In this document: piece after piece, positions 42,877 to 55,530 of the stretch
Layout: each line of letters starts with the position of its first letter
How positions within the stretch are numbered: the stretch's first letter is position 1
Assembly (NCBI GenBank): GCA_964016885.1
Contig: OZ024749.1
Location: 41,044,001 to 41,108,000, forward strand
DNA from: Eledone cirrhosa
Taxonomy: Eukaryota
Length of the DNA stretch: 64,000 nt
Reading direction: 5' to 3'
Program-made: the position numbers and the translations under genes
The notes under the pieces: generated by a model
Databases searched by the model: none
Told to the model about the DNA's origin: nothing
What the model saw: the letters and a program-made list of their open reading frames with translations, nothing else

Positions 42877-42922
42877 AGATGATGCATGACATACCCTGAC
42901 ATAGTAGATGGTTAAGATTCAG

Positions 42923-42967
<45 letters not shown>

Positions 42968-43114
42968 TGTGTGTGTGTATATATGTGTATATATACACAC
43001 ACATGCTAAATATTGATGCAATTCAATTCAAGCACGCTACATACTTTTTCCACATAGGAATGACGGAGTATATTTAGAATAAGAAAATGCGAACGTAACC
43101 TTATTATGTAAGAA

Positions 43115-43189
43115 GCTGTATGGTGAGATCATGGCACTGGGTACGTGGAATTGTGTGGCCACTGGTGTCATTGAAATATGTATCACAGC
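43115..43189 (+). ncRNA. Decayed hammerhead (sister of 60256-60330)
   Basis: gcugu AUGGUGA ... GAAA uaugu AUC acagc; stems kept, two core substitutions. Confidence 0.55.
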
Positions 43190-43236
43190 CTTATCAATAA
43201 AGAACTTTAACATCTGTAACTACTTCGTATTTTCAT

Positions 43237-43306
<70 letters not shown>

Positions 43307-43343
43307 CGTATGTGTGTAAAAGAACAGTTAGATAGAAGTTGGA

Positions 43344-43375
<32 letters not shown>

Positions 43376-43883
43376 ATTATGAATACATTGGTGTATTCAT
43401 AATGCCATGCTAGCGTGGAAGATGGACGTTAAACGATGACGATGATGATGATGATGCTGTGTATGTATCCATGTGTGTGTGTATGATATTTCTCCCAACA
43501 CTCATTCGATTTCTAACTCTCTCTCTCTCACACTAACTTTCTCACACTAGAAATCACCATCACACCAGCACCACTATCACCCTTGCACACTCAGCCCACC
43601 ACCACCACCACCACTACCACGACCGCTGCAACTCTCACAACCTCTCACCAACATCACCACCACAACACATCCAACTACAATCTACTGTTTTAAGAGATAT
43701 ACAACACCCTAGGTCAATTTGACATTTTTGTATTATGGAAGGTATTTTAAGCCAGGTGTTTTGAATGGGTGAGTGTGGTGTTGTATGGGTATGGGTCTGT
43801 GTAGATTTGAGCTAAACAGAGGATCAGTGTCTCTGCTTGCCTGCCTGTCTGTCTGACAATGTAATCTTTGCATTTCACATTAA

Positions 43884-44531
43884 CCCCTTTTCTTACCAAA
43901 CTGCCTGAAACTACTACTAGATCTATGATACAAAGCTGTTTATTTTAAAGTGATTATATTTCTCTCAGAACTTCCCATCATGTAAGAACCTTTGTTATGT
44001 TCCAAATACCAGGTAAATAATGAGAAAATTAAGTTGCGTTACTAAATCCATCAACATTCTTCATTATTTCTAAATATAGGGCGGTAGATTGGCAGTATCG
44101 GTAGAGGGTCGGACGCCATGCTTTCCAGCATAGTTACGTCCCTTTACGATCTGAGTTCAAATCCCGCCGAGGTTGACTTTGCCTTTCATCCTTACGGGGT
44201 CGATAAAATAAAGTACCAGTAATGCACTGGGTAATTGCTGGCCTTGTGCCAAAAGTAGAATCAATTATTTCTAAATATAGGTGGTGAATTGGCAGAGTCG
44301 TTAGCACGTTGGACAACATGCTTTGTGTCATTTAGTTATGTCCCTTTATGTTCTGAGTTCAGATCTGCCGAGGTTAGCTTTGCCTGCCATCCTTACAGGG
44401 TCGATAAAATAAAGTACCAGTAACGCACTGGGATCAACTTAATCGACTTTCCCTTTCCCCAAGATTGTTGGCCTTATGCCTAAATGAGTAACCATTATTT
44501 TCAAATATATTAGAAATTGGTAATGAAAGAG
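43884..44531. mobile_element. piggyBac-type MITE family 2 holding two tandem family-A SINEs (44079-44265, 44280-44497)
   Basis: TTAA at both ends; the first SINE has the 18-bp direct repeat attatttctaaatatagg at 44063 and 44264. Confidence 0.8.
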
Positions 44532-44721
44532 TTAAAGAAACTGTTGATACCATTTCTGCATTTCTAGTCTGTCAGTTTGTGATGCTTTTTCTTATAGAAT
44601 CATCTAACCTGCTGACTAGATACCCACCTCCAATCTATTACTCATTTACTGATTTCATTAGACCAAGGTCATGCTAGGGGACTAGCTTTAATCTCTTTCA
44701 TACAAAATTACCTAAAACCAC

Positions 44722-44761
<40 letters not shown>

Positions 44762-44882
44762 GGTGTTGGATGCTTAAAGTGTCCGTATGCGGTAGGCTGT
44801 ATGAGCACTTGATGCCCTCGTGGAGCAGAGTATGATATCACAGAAAAAAGAGAATCAGTGTTACGACGAAATGAATTTATTG

Positions 44883-44977
44883 GACATATTACAAATGTTT
44901 CTCGGGCGACCAGCTCAAGGCACGATCGATATGGTGATCATACCTGACTCTGAAATCCCTCGGTCGTCGGATACGTC
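44883..44977 (-). ncRNA. Type I hammerhead variant with long stem II and CCGACGA core
   Basis: Minus strand: gacguau CCGACGA [about 62-nt hairpin] GAAA cauuu GUA auauguc; 7-bp stem I. Confidence 0.6.
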
Positions 44978-45137
44978 TTGATTCTACGAAGCAGATTTTC
45001 CTATAGTCCTTTAACATCGAATTTCTTTGTTTGTTGATTTAGATCCTGTTGTTGTCATTCCATGAGTGGTCAAGAATTATATATATTTATATATATACAC
45101 ACACATACATATACATACACACATATATATATATATA

Positions 45138-45282
45138 TAGTTCAGAACTAGCTGTCGAAACGGCCAGAGCTCAACCGTCGGGGTCCTGATTCTTTTCCTA
45201 TTACCCACTCTACTACCCAAAGTATCGAGTACTCTGGTGCGTTATGGTCCACCTGGTTCCTTACCACACTTCCTTCGTTTTA
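45138..45282 (+). mobile_element. Unfolded copy of the 46072 family
   Basis: Aligns with 46133-46272; shorter copies at 22866-22916 (+) and 55340-55395 (-). Confidence 0.7.
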
Positions 45283-45332
45283 TATATGTATATATATATA
45301 TACATACAGTGGGACCTTAGTTCGCGAACTTA

Positions 45333-45470
45333 CCGTATTTCCTGGCATCGAGGACTCTACATTTTTCCTAAAATAAGTCTCAAAAATCTACCATGCATCT
45401 TGGAGGCCAAAGGTTGTTTATTATATTTTTCAAATTTTTGGTTGTCAAAATTAGGCACCGGGAAATACGG
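45333..45470. mobile_element. pogo/Tc2-like MITE inserted at TA in a Tigger-like end (from 45306)
   Basis: TA-ccgtatttcctggc...caccgggaaatacgg-TA. Confidence 0.8.
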
Positions 45471-46071
45471 TAATTCTTTGTTCATCACCTGAAATATGCG
45501 TAAACTGAAATCATTTTTCCCATACGAAATGTTGAGAGAGAGATACAGTGAGAGAGGCAGATAGATATCACCATAGTAACTAACTACACACCAAATGACA
45601 CTTTCCAGCCGATACTAGCTTGTTGCCAACCGTTGTTACTAACTTACATGATCATTACTCAAGACACCACTATATATATATATATATGATGATGATGATG
45701 ATGATATATATGAGAGAGAGAGAGATTGACTGTTAAGGTGTAAAATAAGCCCCTATTAAAATGTTAAGTGTTCAGAACTTAGTACTTCTTCGTACCATAG
45801 CAACCATTGTTCTGGCTTTGGACATGGTACACAAGGTCCCTTGATGCGGGTAGTGTTAGTAGTAGTAATGGTGGTAACGGTGGTGGTGGTAATAGTAGTA
45901 GTAGTAGCAGCAGCAGCAGCGGCAATGACAGTATCACTGTGTAATAGAACATGTCTTATCTTGGCAATACATCCTCCATGAGTTCCATGGAATGTTGCCA
46001 TGTTTAGTTGCAATACGCACACACATATACATATATATACATATATACATATATACATATATATATATATA

Positions 46072-46272
46072 GGAAAAAGTATGACCCCGACGGTAGAGCT
46101 CAAGTCGTTTCGACGGCTATTTCTGGACTATTTAGTCCAGAAATAGCCGTCGAAACGGCTTGAGCTCTACCGTCGGGGTCATACTTTTTCCCATTTCCCA
46201 CTCTACTACCCTAAGTATTGAGTACTCTGGTGCGTTATGGTCCATATGGTTCCTTACCACAATTCCTTTGTT
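46072..46272 (+). mobile_element. Fold-back element: 59-bp near-perfect palindrome plus unique tail (Penelope-like architecture)
   Basis: Arms 46072-46130 and 46133-46191 differ at one position; tail motif at 46201; embedded in (TA)n. Confidence 0.65.
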
Positions 46273-46689
46273 ATATATATATATATTCTACTCCAAAATG
46301 GCTGACTAAAGACACACGTGCTTTCCTCCTGTGAAAATGTATTTGTCCTGTCTTTCTTGTCTTGCTATCTTCAGTCCTTCTATTCCTTCTTTTATTTCTC
46401 ATTCTATCTTCTGTGATACTGAAAGGGTTAAGAAGAGGGCTTCTACATGGTTGCTCAATGTACTAGAAATAGCAGCTAATTCTCTCTCAAATAACTTCCT
46501 ATCATATCAAGATAATAAATGAATGAAATAAAGAATGGGAGAATTTATTCACATTGTATTCACTACGATGATAGGTCTGTAGGTCTGTTTTATCAATGGG
46601 ACTAACACCAAATAGAATCAGGTATGGATGGTTGCGTGGTTATGAGGTTCATTTCAGTCAAGGGATTCTGTCCTAATGTGAGTGATTGA

Positions 46690-46942
46690 TCTTTTTGATA
46701 CCAAACCACTTGAAACCACCGATGGTTTTATGAAATAAAACCTTATTTTAAAGTGCTTATATTTATCTAAAAACCTTCCATCATAATTTTATGTAAAGAA
46801 CTTTTGTTTAGTTATGTTCCAAACACCAGTTTAATAATGAGAAGTTTAGTTTCATTACTAAATCACTTGAAATCATTTATCATTTTCAGAATTATTTGAA
46901 AATTATAGGCAGTCTTTCATTAGACATATAGTAACAAAAGGG
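46690..46942. mobile_element. piggyBac-type MITE, family 2
   Basis: ctttttgatacc...gtaacaaaaggg-TTAA; reverse complement of the 39939 copy. Confidence 0.7.
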
Positions 46943-46992
46943 TTAAAATACTTCTCTACCCCTCCTCTACCTTCTTATTTGGAGGAAGTACA

Positions 46993-47590
46993 GTGGTGGT
47001 AAAGTGGGTGGGGTTTGCTAGTGGTGTTGGTGTTAGTGGGAGTGGTGGTATTGATGGTAGTGGTGCTGGTGGTAGTGGTGTTGCCGTTAGTGGTGGTGGT
47101 ACTGGTGATGGTGGTGGTACTGTTGGTTTTAGTGGGGGTGGTGGTGTTGATGGTAGTGGTACTGGTGGTAGTGGTGGTGGTACTGGTGTTGGTGGTGGTA
47201 TTGTTGGTTTTAGTGGGGGTGGTGGTGTTGATGGTAGTGGTACTGGTGGTAGTGGTGGTGGTACTGGTGTTGGTGGTGGTATTGTTGGTTTTAGTGGGGG
47301 TGGTGGTGTTGATGGTAGTGGTGCTGGTGGTAGTGGTGGTGGTACTGGTGTTGGTGGTGGTACTGTTGGTTTTAGTAGGAGTGGTGGTGTTGATGGTAGT
47401 GGTGTTGGTGGTAGTGGTGGTGGTACTGGTGTTGGTGGTGGTACTGTTGGTTTTAGTGGGAGTGGTGGTGTTGATGGTAATGGTGTTGCCGTTAGTGGTA
47501 GTGGTACTGGTGTTGGTGGTGGTACTGTTGGTTTTAGTAGGAGTGGTGGTGTTGATGGTAGTGGTGTTGGTGGTAGTAGTGGTGGTGTTG
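46993..47590. repeat. 81-bp GT-rich minisatellite, about 7 copies
   Basis: ttttagt recurs at 47127, 47208 and onward with an 81-bp period. Confidence 0.9.
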
Positions 47591-48211
47591 CTATCAGACA
47601 AAAGTGTTTCTCCAGATAAAATATCAACTCAGATAACACACCCCCACCAACAAAATAAACTCATTCCGCCTTCTTCTTCTTCAGTGATTAAATAACTGAA
47701 ATAAGAGATATACAACTGAAAGCTGTTAAATATATTAGCACTTGGGATAGATTTTTATCACCGATTTACAACTTATTCATAACTTAGAGTTGTACTTGTT
47801 TGGCAAAAGATTTCATCTGCCTTAATACTGAATCAGTTACACCATAGAAGAGTCATTTTAGTCATTAAAAAAACACAAGAAAACCTGTTAAATTCTCTTT
47901 AAATTGATTTCTTGGTCATGTGTATCTGGTTTTGAATAGGTACTCCACATCTCTGTGTGTCGTGAGAAGCGACTGAAAAGAGTTGTTGTAAAACTTTGCC
48001 TCAAAAAATCCTATTGAACCCATGCCAACATGAAGAAGTTGTGATGTAAAAGCGACGAGTAGATCACCACCACCATCATCATCCTTCTCATCGTTTTTAC
48101 ATGCTGGCATGGGTTCAATAGGAATTTTTGAGGCAAAGTTTCACACCAACTCTTCTCAGTCGCTTCTCACGACAAGCAGAGATATGGTGTACCTATTCAA
48201 AACCAGATACA

Positions 48212-48283
48212 CACGACCAATGTTTCAATAAGAGATAGATCGATCGTGAAGCCATGATCGATTATCACTGTTCTTGTCAGGTG
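48212..48283 (-). ncRNA. Decayed type I hammerhead with long stem II
   Basis: Minus strand: cac CUGACAA [aucgaucaug/cacgaucgau hairpin] GAAA cauug GUC gug; core G-to-A change consistent with CpG decay. Confidence 0.5.
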
Positions 48284-48399
48284 AAAATGAATTGTCTTCA
48301 AATGGAATTGGAGATATACAAAAGCATGGAGACATATTGCTAACAAAAATTTATTGGACCGTTTTACACAACCAATAATACACCTTACTATATAACAAC

Positions 48400-48432
<33 letters not shown>

Positions 48433-48896
48433 GTATATATTTGAATATATATATATATATGTATATATTTGAATATATGTATATATATATATATGTATAT
48501 ATTTGAATATATATATATATTTGTATATATATATATATATTTGAATATATGTATATGTACATATGTATGTTTCTGTATGTACAAAGGTTATAAGCATCAA
48601 CAAGAACAGTTAAGTTAATACAAATAAAGCCCCTTGCTATATTTGTTCTGCAGTAACCAGTAACAGTAAACCCATCTAACAAACAATGGTATTGTTCACC
48701 AATTGTGATATAAAATCAAAATAAAACCAAATAAATGTTCCATTTCCCCTCAGGCAAAGAGTTGGACTGAAGGTTAAAGGTTAGAGATAATTCTACCAAA
48801 GAATGGTAATGATTTTCGTTATAGCCTCTCTAATGACCATATATTTGTGTGTGTGTGTGTGTGTGTGTGTAATAATACAAGGACGATTGGTTAAGC

Positions 48897-48975
<79 letters not shown>

Positions 48976-49183
48976 GCACACACATAGTCACAAATAATTT
49001 CTTTTCTATTTGATACACACATACATATTCAATGTTACTACAGCCAGACCCACTTAGATACCATCACGAACAATATATAGACCATTCCACCAACATATAC
49101 ATTGTTATACACACAAAATGAAAAACAACACACACACATACTCACATGTCCCCCTTTTTATTTTCTAATCTCCGAACTATTGT

Positions 49184-49220
49184 ACTCCTGTTGAAGGACT
49201 AATGTCCGATACAGTGGACT
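49184..49220 (+). ncRNA. Decayed hammerhead (relative of 55495)
   Basis: acuc CUGUUGA a ggac uaau gucc GAUA c; stem II intact, two core substitutions. Confidence 0.45.
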
Positions 49221-49597
49221 TTTTTTTCTCTCTTTCATTCAAAGCCTGAAACTAATAAGACTAATTGTTTTTGTATTTATCTATATTTGTCATTTTCTAT
49301 CATAAGAGGCAACTAAAAGGGTTGATGCCAGGAAGGGCATCCTGTTGTAAATCACTGCCTTAAAATGCTTGTTATTGTCAGTAATTATAATTATGAACAT
49401 CTAACTTTGTTTAATATTTAGCAGAGGTCCAAAATCTGTCTCCACCTAATACAGCTCTCATAATCAGTTGTGGTCCCATGGTTGGGTGACGTGCCCTGGC
49501 TATTGGTGCAATTTGAACCCCTACGTAAATTATCCTGCCTTTTATTCAGGCATAATGTACCTTTATTAAGTTATGTTCCTAACACCTCTTTAATAAT

Positions 49598-49695
49598 AGT
49601 TTCTACTTTTGGCATAAGGCCAGCAATTATCCCAGTGCATTACTGGTACTTTATTTTATCGACCCCGTAAGGATGAAAGGCAAAGTTAACCCTGG
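49598..49695 (-). mobile_element. SINE family A, 5'-truncated, with TSD
   Basis: acctctttaataat at 49584-49597 and 49696-49709. Confidence 0.85.
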
Positions 49696-50338
49696 ACCTC
49701 TTTAATAATGAGAGTTATATAACTAAATTGCTACAAATTCTTGATTATTTTCGAAATTATTTGAAAATCATAGGCAGTGTCTTTCATTAGAGATATGGTA
49801 ATGAAATGGTTAGAGTGTCTATTTTTATCTAAAAAAACCTTTCATTATAATTTCATGTAAGAACCTTTAAGTTATATTCCAAATACCAACTTAGCAATGA
49901 GAAAGTTAGACATTTTACTAAATCCCTCTAAATGCTTGATTATTCTCAAAATGACGTGAAAATTAGTACCTTTCATTAGAAATCATCACCATCATCATTA
50001 TCATTATCATCATTTAACATTTACCTTTCCAAACCGTGGGTGGGGGAAGCTGTTGGTTAACTCCAGTCAAATGAAGAGGAGGTAGTGGAGGTCTAACTAT
50101 TATAATTATAATTCATGGCGTGTGGCAGGTTGGAGCTTCCAACATTTTCCAGTTGAGTGTGTCCAGTAATTATGTAAGAGAGAGAAACAAAGATAGCGAG
50201 GGAGAGAGAAGTAGAGACAAAAGGTTAAAAGCATGAATTATGATGGTGGCTAGCCACTGTAATTATAACACCGTTATATAAATATGTGTGCGTGTGCATA
50301 TCTCTCTCTCGCTCTCTCTCTGAATGTATGTATGTATG

Positions 50339-50381
<43 letters not shown>

Positions 50382-51029
50382 AAGTCATGTAATGACCAGG
50401 TTCTCAAATATTCAGTGATGTGAGGTGACAGGTTGAATATCAACTCAGTGTGTTGTTACTATAGAACTGTCTTATTAATTATGACAGTGATATATGCATG
50501 TGTGTTGGACCCCGTCAGATCTGACAATGAGTGTTCCAGTTGTTTGATCAACAAAGCAGCTTGCTCAAGAAATGCACATGCAATCAGTGGAGCTTTCTTT
50601 AATGTAATTCTCAGGGAGTTCAAGTATGACACAGTGTGTAGCAGGATTTTACCTTCAAATTACAGATACTGTTCATACAACAGGCTTCCAAACAGTTTCT
50701 GTCTACAGCCAGTTTAATTCACAAAGGTTCAGTCGACCTTGAGACTATGGTAAATGACACTAGCCCAGGTTACCTCACAATGGGATTGAACTCATGACCT
50801 TATGATTGAGGAACAGACTTCTTAACCGTTCAGACTTGCTATATCCACATAAAGTAATAATATACTATAATATAATATTGATATAACGTAATATCTTTGG
50901 ATCTCCCAGACTATTAGATCTCCCTATACGAGCGTGGACTGAAAAGTTACTCTCCTGGGATGACCAAATGAAAGGGCTAAAGACATAGACTGTCTTTCAT
51001 TAGAAATAAGGTAACAAAAGGGTTATACC

Positions 51030-52310
51030 ACTATGCCACTGCTTCACTGTACCATTGTACTATTGTACCACTATACCAATATTATACCACCACTATACCA
51101 CTTTACTATTATATTAATATACCATTATACCACTATACCATTAAATTACTATACTATATTGCTATACCATGGTGCCACTATACCACTGCACCATTATACT
51201 ACTGTGCCACCATTATACCACTGTACCATACACCACTGTACCATACACCACTGTGCCACCATTATACCACTACCATACACCACTGTACCATTATACCACT
51301 GTACCATACACCAATGTACCATACACCACTGTACCATACACCACTGTACCATTATACCACTGTATCATATACCACTGTATCATATACCACTGTACCATAC
51401 ACCACTGTACCATACGCCACTGTACCATTATACCACTGTATCATATACCACTGTACCATACGCCACTGTACCATTATACCACTGTACCATTATACCACTG
51501 TACCATACACCACTGTACCATACACCACTGTACCATTATACCACTGTACCATTACACCACTGTACCATTACACCACTGTACCATTACACCACTGTACCAT
51601 TTCACCACTGTACCATACACCACTGTACCATATACCACTGTACCATATACCACTGTACTATATACCACTGTACTATATACCACTGTACTATATACCACTA
51701 TACCATATACCACTGTACCATTATACCACTGTACCATATACCACTGTACTATATACCACTGTACCATATACCACTGTACCATTATACCACTGTACCATAT
51801 ACCACTGTACCATTATACCACTGTACCATTATACCACTGTACCATATACCACTGTACCAGACACCACTGTACCATTATACCACTGTACCATATACCACTG
51901 TACCATATACCACTGTACCATATACCACTGTACCATATACCACTGTACCATATACCACTGTACCATATACCACTGTACCATACACCACTGTACCATATAC
52001 CACTGTACCATTATACCACTGTACCAGACACCACTGTACCATTATACCACTGTACCATATACCACTGTACTATATACCACTGTACTATATACCACTGTAC
52101 TATATACCACTGTACTATATACCACTGTACCATATACCACTGTACCATACACCACTGTACCATTATACCACTGTACCATATACCACTGTACCATTATACC
52201 ACTGTACCATTATACCACTGTACCATTATACCACTGTACCATTGTACCATATACCACTGTACTATATACCACCACAATACCACTATACCAACACAGTACC
52301 ACTGCATCAT
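51030..52310. repeat. 15/16-bp minisatellite (taccactgtaccat(t)a), about 80 copies
   Basis: Direct reading; source of the 333-437 aa repetitive ORFs. Confidence 0.95.
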
Positions 52311-53762
52311 GCTAGAGCTAATGTCCTCTGTCTTGATATTTCATAAACAATGACAGATGAAATGACATATTTGGTAAACTCTGTGTGTATGTGTGTTTGT
52401 AAATTAGTAAATGTGTGTTTATAAAATAGTAAATATGTGTGTCTATATGAGTGTTTCTGTTTGTGTGTGTGTAAGAGCGTTAGAATGTGTTTGTAAGATT
52501 GTCAATGAGTTTGTGTGTGTCTAAGAGTGTGAGTTTTTAAGATTGTAGATGTGTATGTGCCTATATTAGTATCTGTCTGTATGCGTGTGGAAATGTGTGA
52601 GCGCATAAGGTATGTGTGTAAGGGGGTAAGTGTGTATATGTGTACGAGTGCAAATATGTGTCTGTGTATGTGTGTGTGTAAGGGTGTAAATATGTGTGTA
52701 TAAAGGGGTGTATATGAGTGCAAATGTGTCTGTGTATGTGTGTAAGGATGTAAATGAGTGTGTAAAAGGGTGTGTGTGATGTGTGTAAGGAGTGTGTTGA
52801 TGATAGGGAGGCTGTTATGTCACAAATATAAGAATTTAACTGTGTGAGAAGCAATGTAGGGGTGGTGGTGGTGGTGTTGGTGGTGGTGTTGTTGGTGATG
52901 GTGGTGGTGTTGTTGGTGGTAGGTGGAGGTGGCGGTGTTGTATGTTGTGGTGGTGGTGTTGTTGGTGATGGCGGTGGTGGGGCAGTATATGATCTGTTTA
53001 TGGTAGGTGGAGGTGGTGGTGGTGTATGTTGTGGTGGTGGTGCTGTTGGCAGGGAACCTGTTATGTCACAAATGTAAACCTCTTGAGAAAGGCCATAGAA
53101 AAAGAGCTTCTGTCAGCTGTTGCATCTGTTAGAATTTCTGAGAGGTCAATGGTGGTGGTAGGGACGGGGAGAGGGGGGTGTTGGTGGTGGTAGTGACGGT
53201 GGGAGTAGTAGTGGTGGGGGTGGGGGTGATGGGGTGGGGAGTGATGATGAGGGGTATGGTGGTGGTAGTGATGAGGGGTGTGGTGGTAGTGACGGTGGGA
53301 GTAGTGGTGGTGGTGGTGATGAGGGGTGTAGTGATGGTGGTGGTAGTGACGGTGGGAGTACTGGTGGTGGTGGTAGTGATGAGGAGTAGTGGTGGGGGTG
53401 GTAGTGATGAGGGGTGTGGTGGTGGTAGTGGCGGGGTGTAGTGATGGTGTTGGTGGTGATTGTAGTGACGGAAGGGGAGTGATGAGGGGTATGGTGGTGA
53501 CAGTGATGGGGTGTGGTGATGGTGTTGGTGGTAGTGATGGGGTGGTGGTGATAGTGATGAGGAGTGTGGTGGTGGTAATGTTGTTGGTGGTGTTAGTGGT
53601 GGTGATGGTGGTGGAGTGATGAGGGGTATGGTAATGGTCGGGTATAGAATGTTGAGGGGGTATGTTTAAGAGTATGGGGTTGTGTACGGTAATAGATGGT
53701 AATATTGATGTAGATAGTAATGGTGGCAGTAGAGATGCTTGATGTTCATGGTGGCAGTAATG

Positions 53763-53855
<93 letters not shown>

Positions 53856-53955
53856 ACAGACAGAGTTGTAATTTGGTTAAAACTAAAATATCACAAGATA
53901 GATGTCCCGTTTGTTCAGTTTTGGAGAAATCAAATTATTGTCAAATATTTTTGTC

Positions 53956-54019
<64 letters not shown>

Positions 54020-54095
54020 AGTATTAGCAATTGGAAAGACCGATGGAAACATTGTTTCCTCGGTCCGATTTGACGAAAATCAATCGACTGTCGAT

Positions 54096-54407
54096 ATCAT
54101 CATCATCATTTTACGTCCGCTTTTTCCCTGCTTGCAAGGGTGGGGCGGGAACTGATTCTGGCTTGATTTCTACAGCTGGATGCCCTTCCTAACACCAACC
54201 TCATTTACAGTGAGTGCTGGGTGCTTTTTTGCCGTGGCACCTCCACGACCACTTTGCAGTGGAATGATATGGACCCCAGTCTCTATCATCTCATTTCTAC
54301 AGCTGGGTAAACTGCTCAAGGAAACAACACATCACCCGGTCTGAGAATTGAACTCACACCCTTTCGATTGCAAGGCCAATGCTCTAACCACTAAGCCATG
54401 TGCCTCC
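54096..54407 (-). mobile_element. CORE-SINE family B, near full length
   Basis: Reverse complement of 4131-4470 with a short deletion in the core. Confidence 0.88.
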
Positions 54408-54985
54408 AAATATATATATATTTATTAAAATAACAGATTAAAGTTTAAGCAAAGAATCGCTGCTTTTACCCTTAACGGGATCTTATATATTTGATATATA
54501 TTTATCCTTATCGAGCCCTCTTTGGATTTTAGTCTTCAAATTTATTATTATTACTATATATATACATGTTCAGAGTCATGATATATATATATATATACAT
54601 ATATGTATATATATATGATATATGATATATGTATATATATATATATATATATGATATATGTATATATGATATATGTATATATATATATATATATGATATA
54701 TGTATATATATATATATATATGATATATGTATATATATATATATATATGATATATGTATATATGATATATGTATATATATATATATATGATATATGTATA
54801 TATGATATATGTATATATATATATGATATATGTATATATATATATGATATATGTATATATATATATGATATATGTATATATGATATATGTATATATATAT
54901 ATATGATATACATATATATATGATATATGTATATATATATATATACATGTTCAGAGCCATTACTATATATATATATACATGTTCA

Positions 54986-55320
54986 GGCTCTGAACATTAA
55001 TCAGTATACACTGAGGATGAAAAACTCAGAGCTGTATGGGAGCATCCCAAAAGTCAGCTCAAAAGTGACACAGAGGAGACTGAGGTTGGCTGGACATGCT
55101 CACCAACATCCAGAGTTGACATTGCACTCAGTGCTCCTTTGGGAGCCCCTACATGGACACACTAGAAGAGGAAGACCAAGGTTGACATATGTTGATGCCC
55201 TCAGGACAGACACTGGTCTGTTGGAGATGCAGGACATGGCAGCGATAATGAGGGACAGAGACCGCTGGAGAGAACTCGTCCATGGATCTCGGGAATTTTA
55301 CCCGCCTTAGATAGATAGAT
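54986..55320 (+). pseudogene. 5'-truncated RTE-clade LINE 3' end (a second family) with (TAGA)n tail
   Basis: ALNI...NSELYG...RRLRLAGH...LLWEP.HG..RRGRP..TYVD.L..DTG...RDRDRWR, stop at 55310, then tagatagat. Confidence 0.88.
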
Positions 55321-55494
55321 ATATATACATTTTTTTTTTAGGAAAAGAGTCAGGACCCTGACGGCTGAGCTCCAGCTGTTTTGACAGCTAGATCCGTATA
55401 TATATATATATATGTATGTAAGAAATAACAACACAATTGGTACAGTATATGGAAGGGATATATTAGGTTAACGCTTGAAATAGCAGGAAGAGGG

Positions 55495-55530
55495 TCTTAA
55501 CGTTTCGGACGCTAGTCCTTCATCAGAAGA
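55495..55530 (-). ncRNA. Minimal type I hammerhead ribozyme in a Penelope-like LTR remnant (about 55430-55790)
   Basis: Minus strand: ucuu CUGAUGA a ggac uagc gucc GAAA c GUU aaga; loopless palindromic stem III (ACGU). Confidence 0.75.

Noticed and set aside
46956-47695. Extensin-, mucin- or Gly-rich ORFs of 208-227 aa
   Set aside because: An 81-bp minisatellite open in four frames on both strands, with no convincing splice signals
50465-50717. Apparent exon 2: splicing 9978 to the AG at 50464 gives in-frame MAVRTVLLIMTVIYACVLDPVRS-DNECSSC..., resembling a signal peptide plus a Cys-rich protein
   Set aside because: Weak pyrimidine tract, no good donor, and 50520-50830 resembles decayed octopus SINE sequence as I recall it. 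Probably coincidence; a 9978-50465 junction read would revive it.
51033-52353. 333-437 aa His/Tyr/Cys/Thr-rich ORFs
   Set aside because: Mixed 15/16-bp units shift frame freely and all three frames give the same peptides
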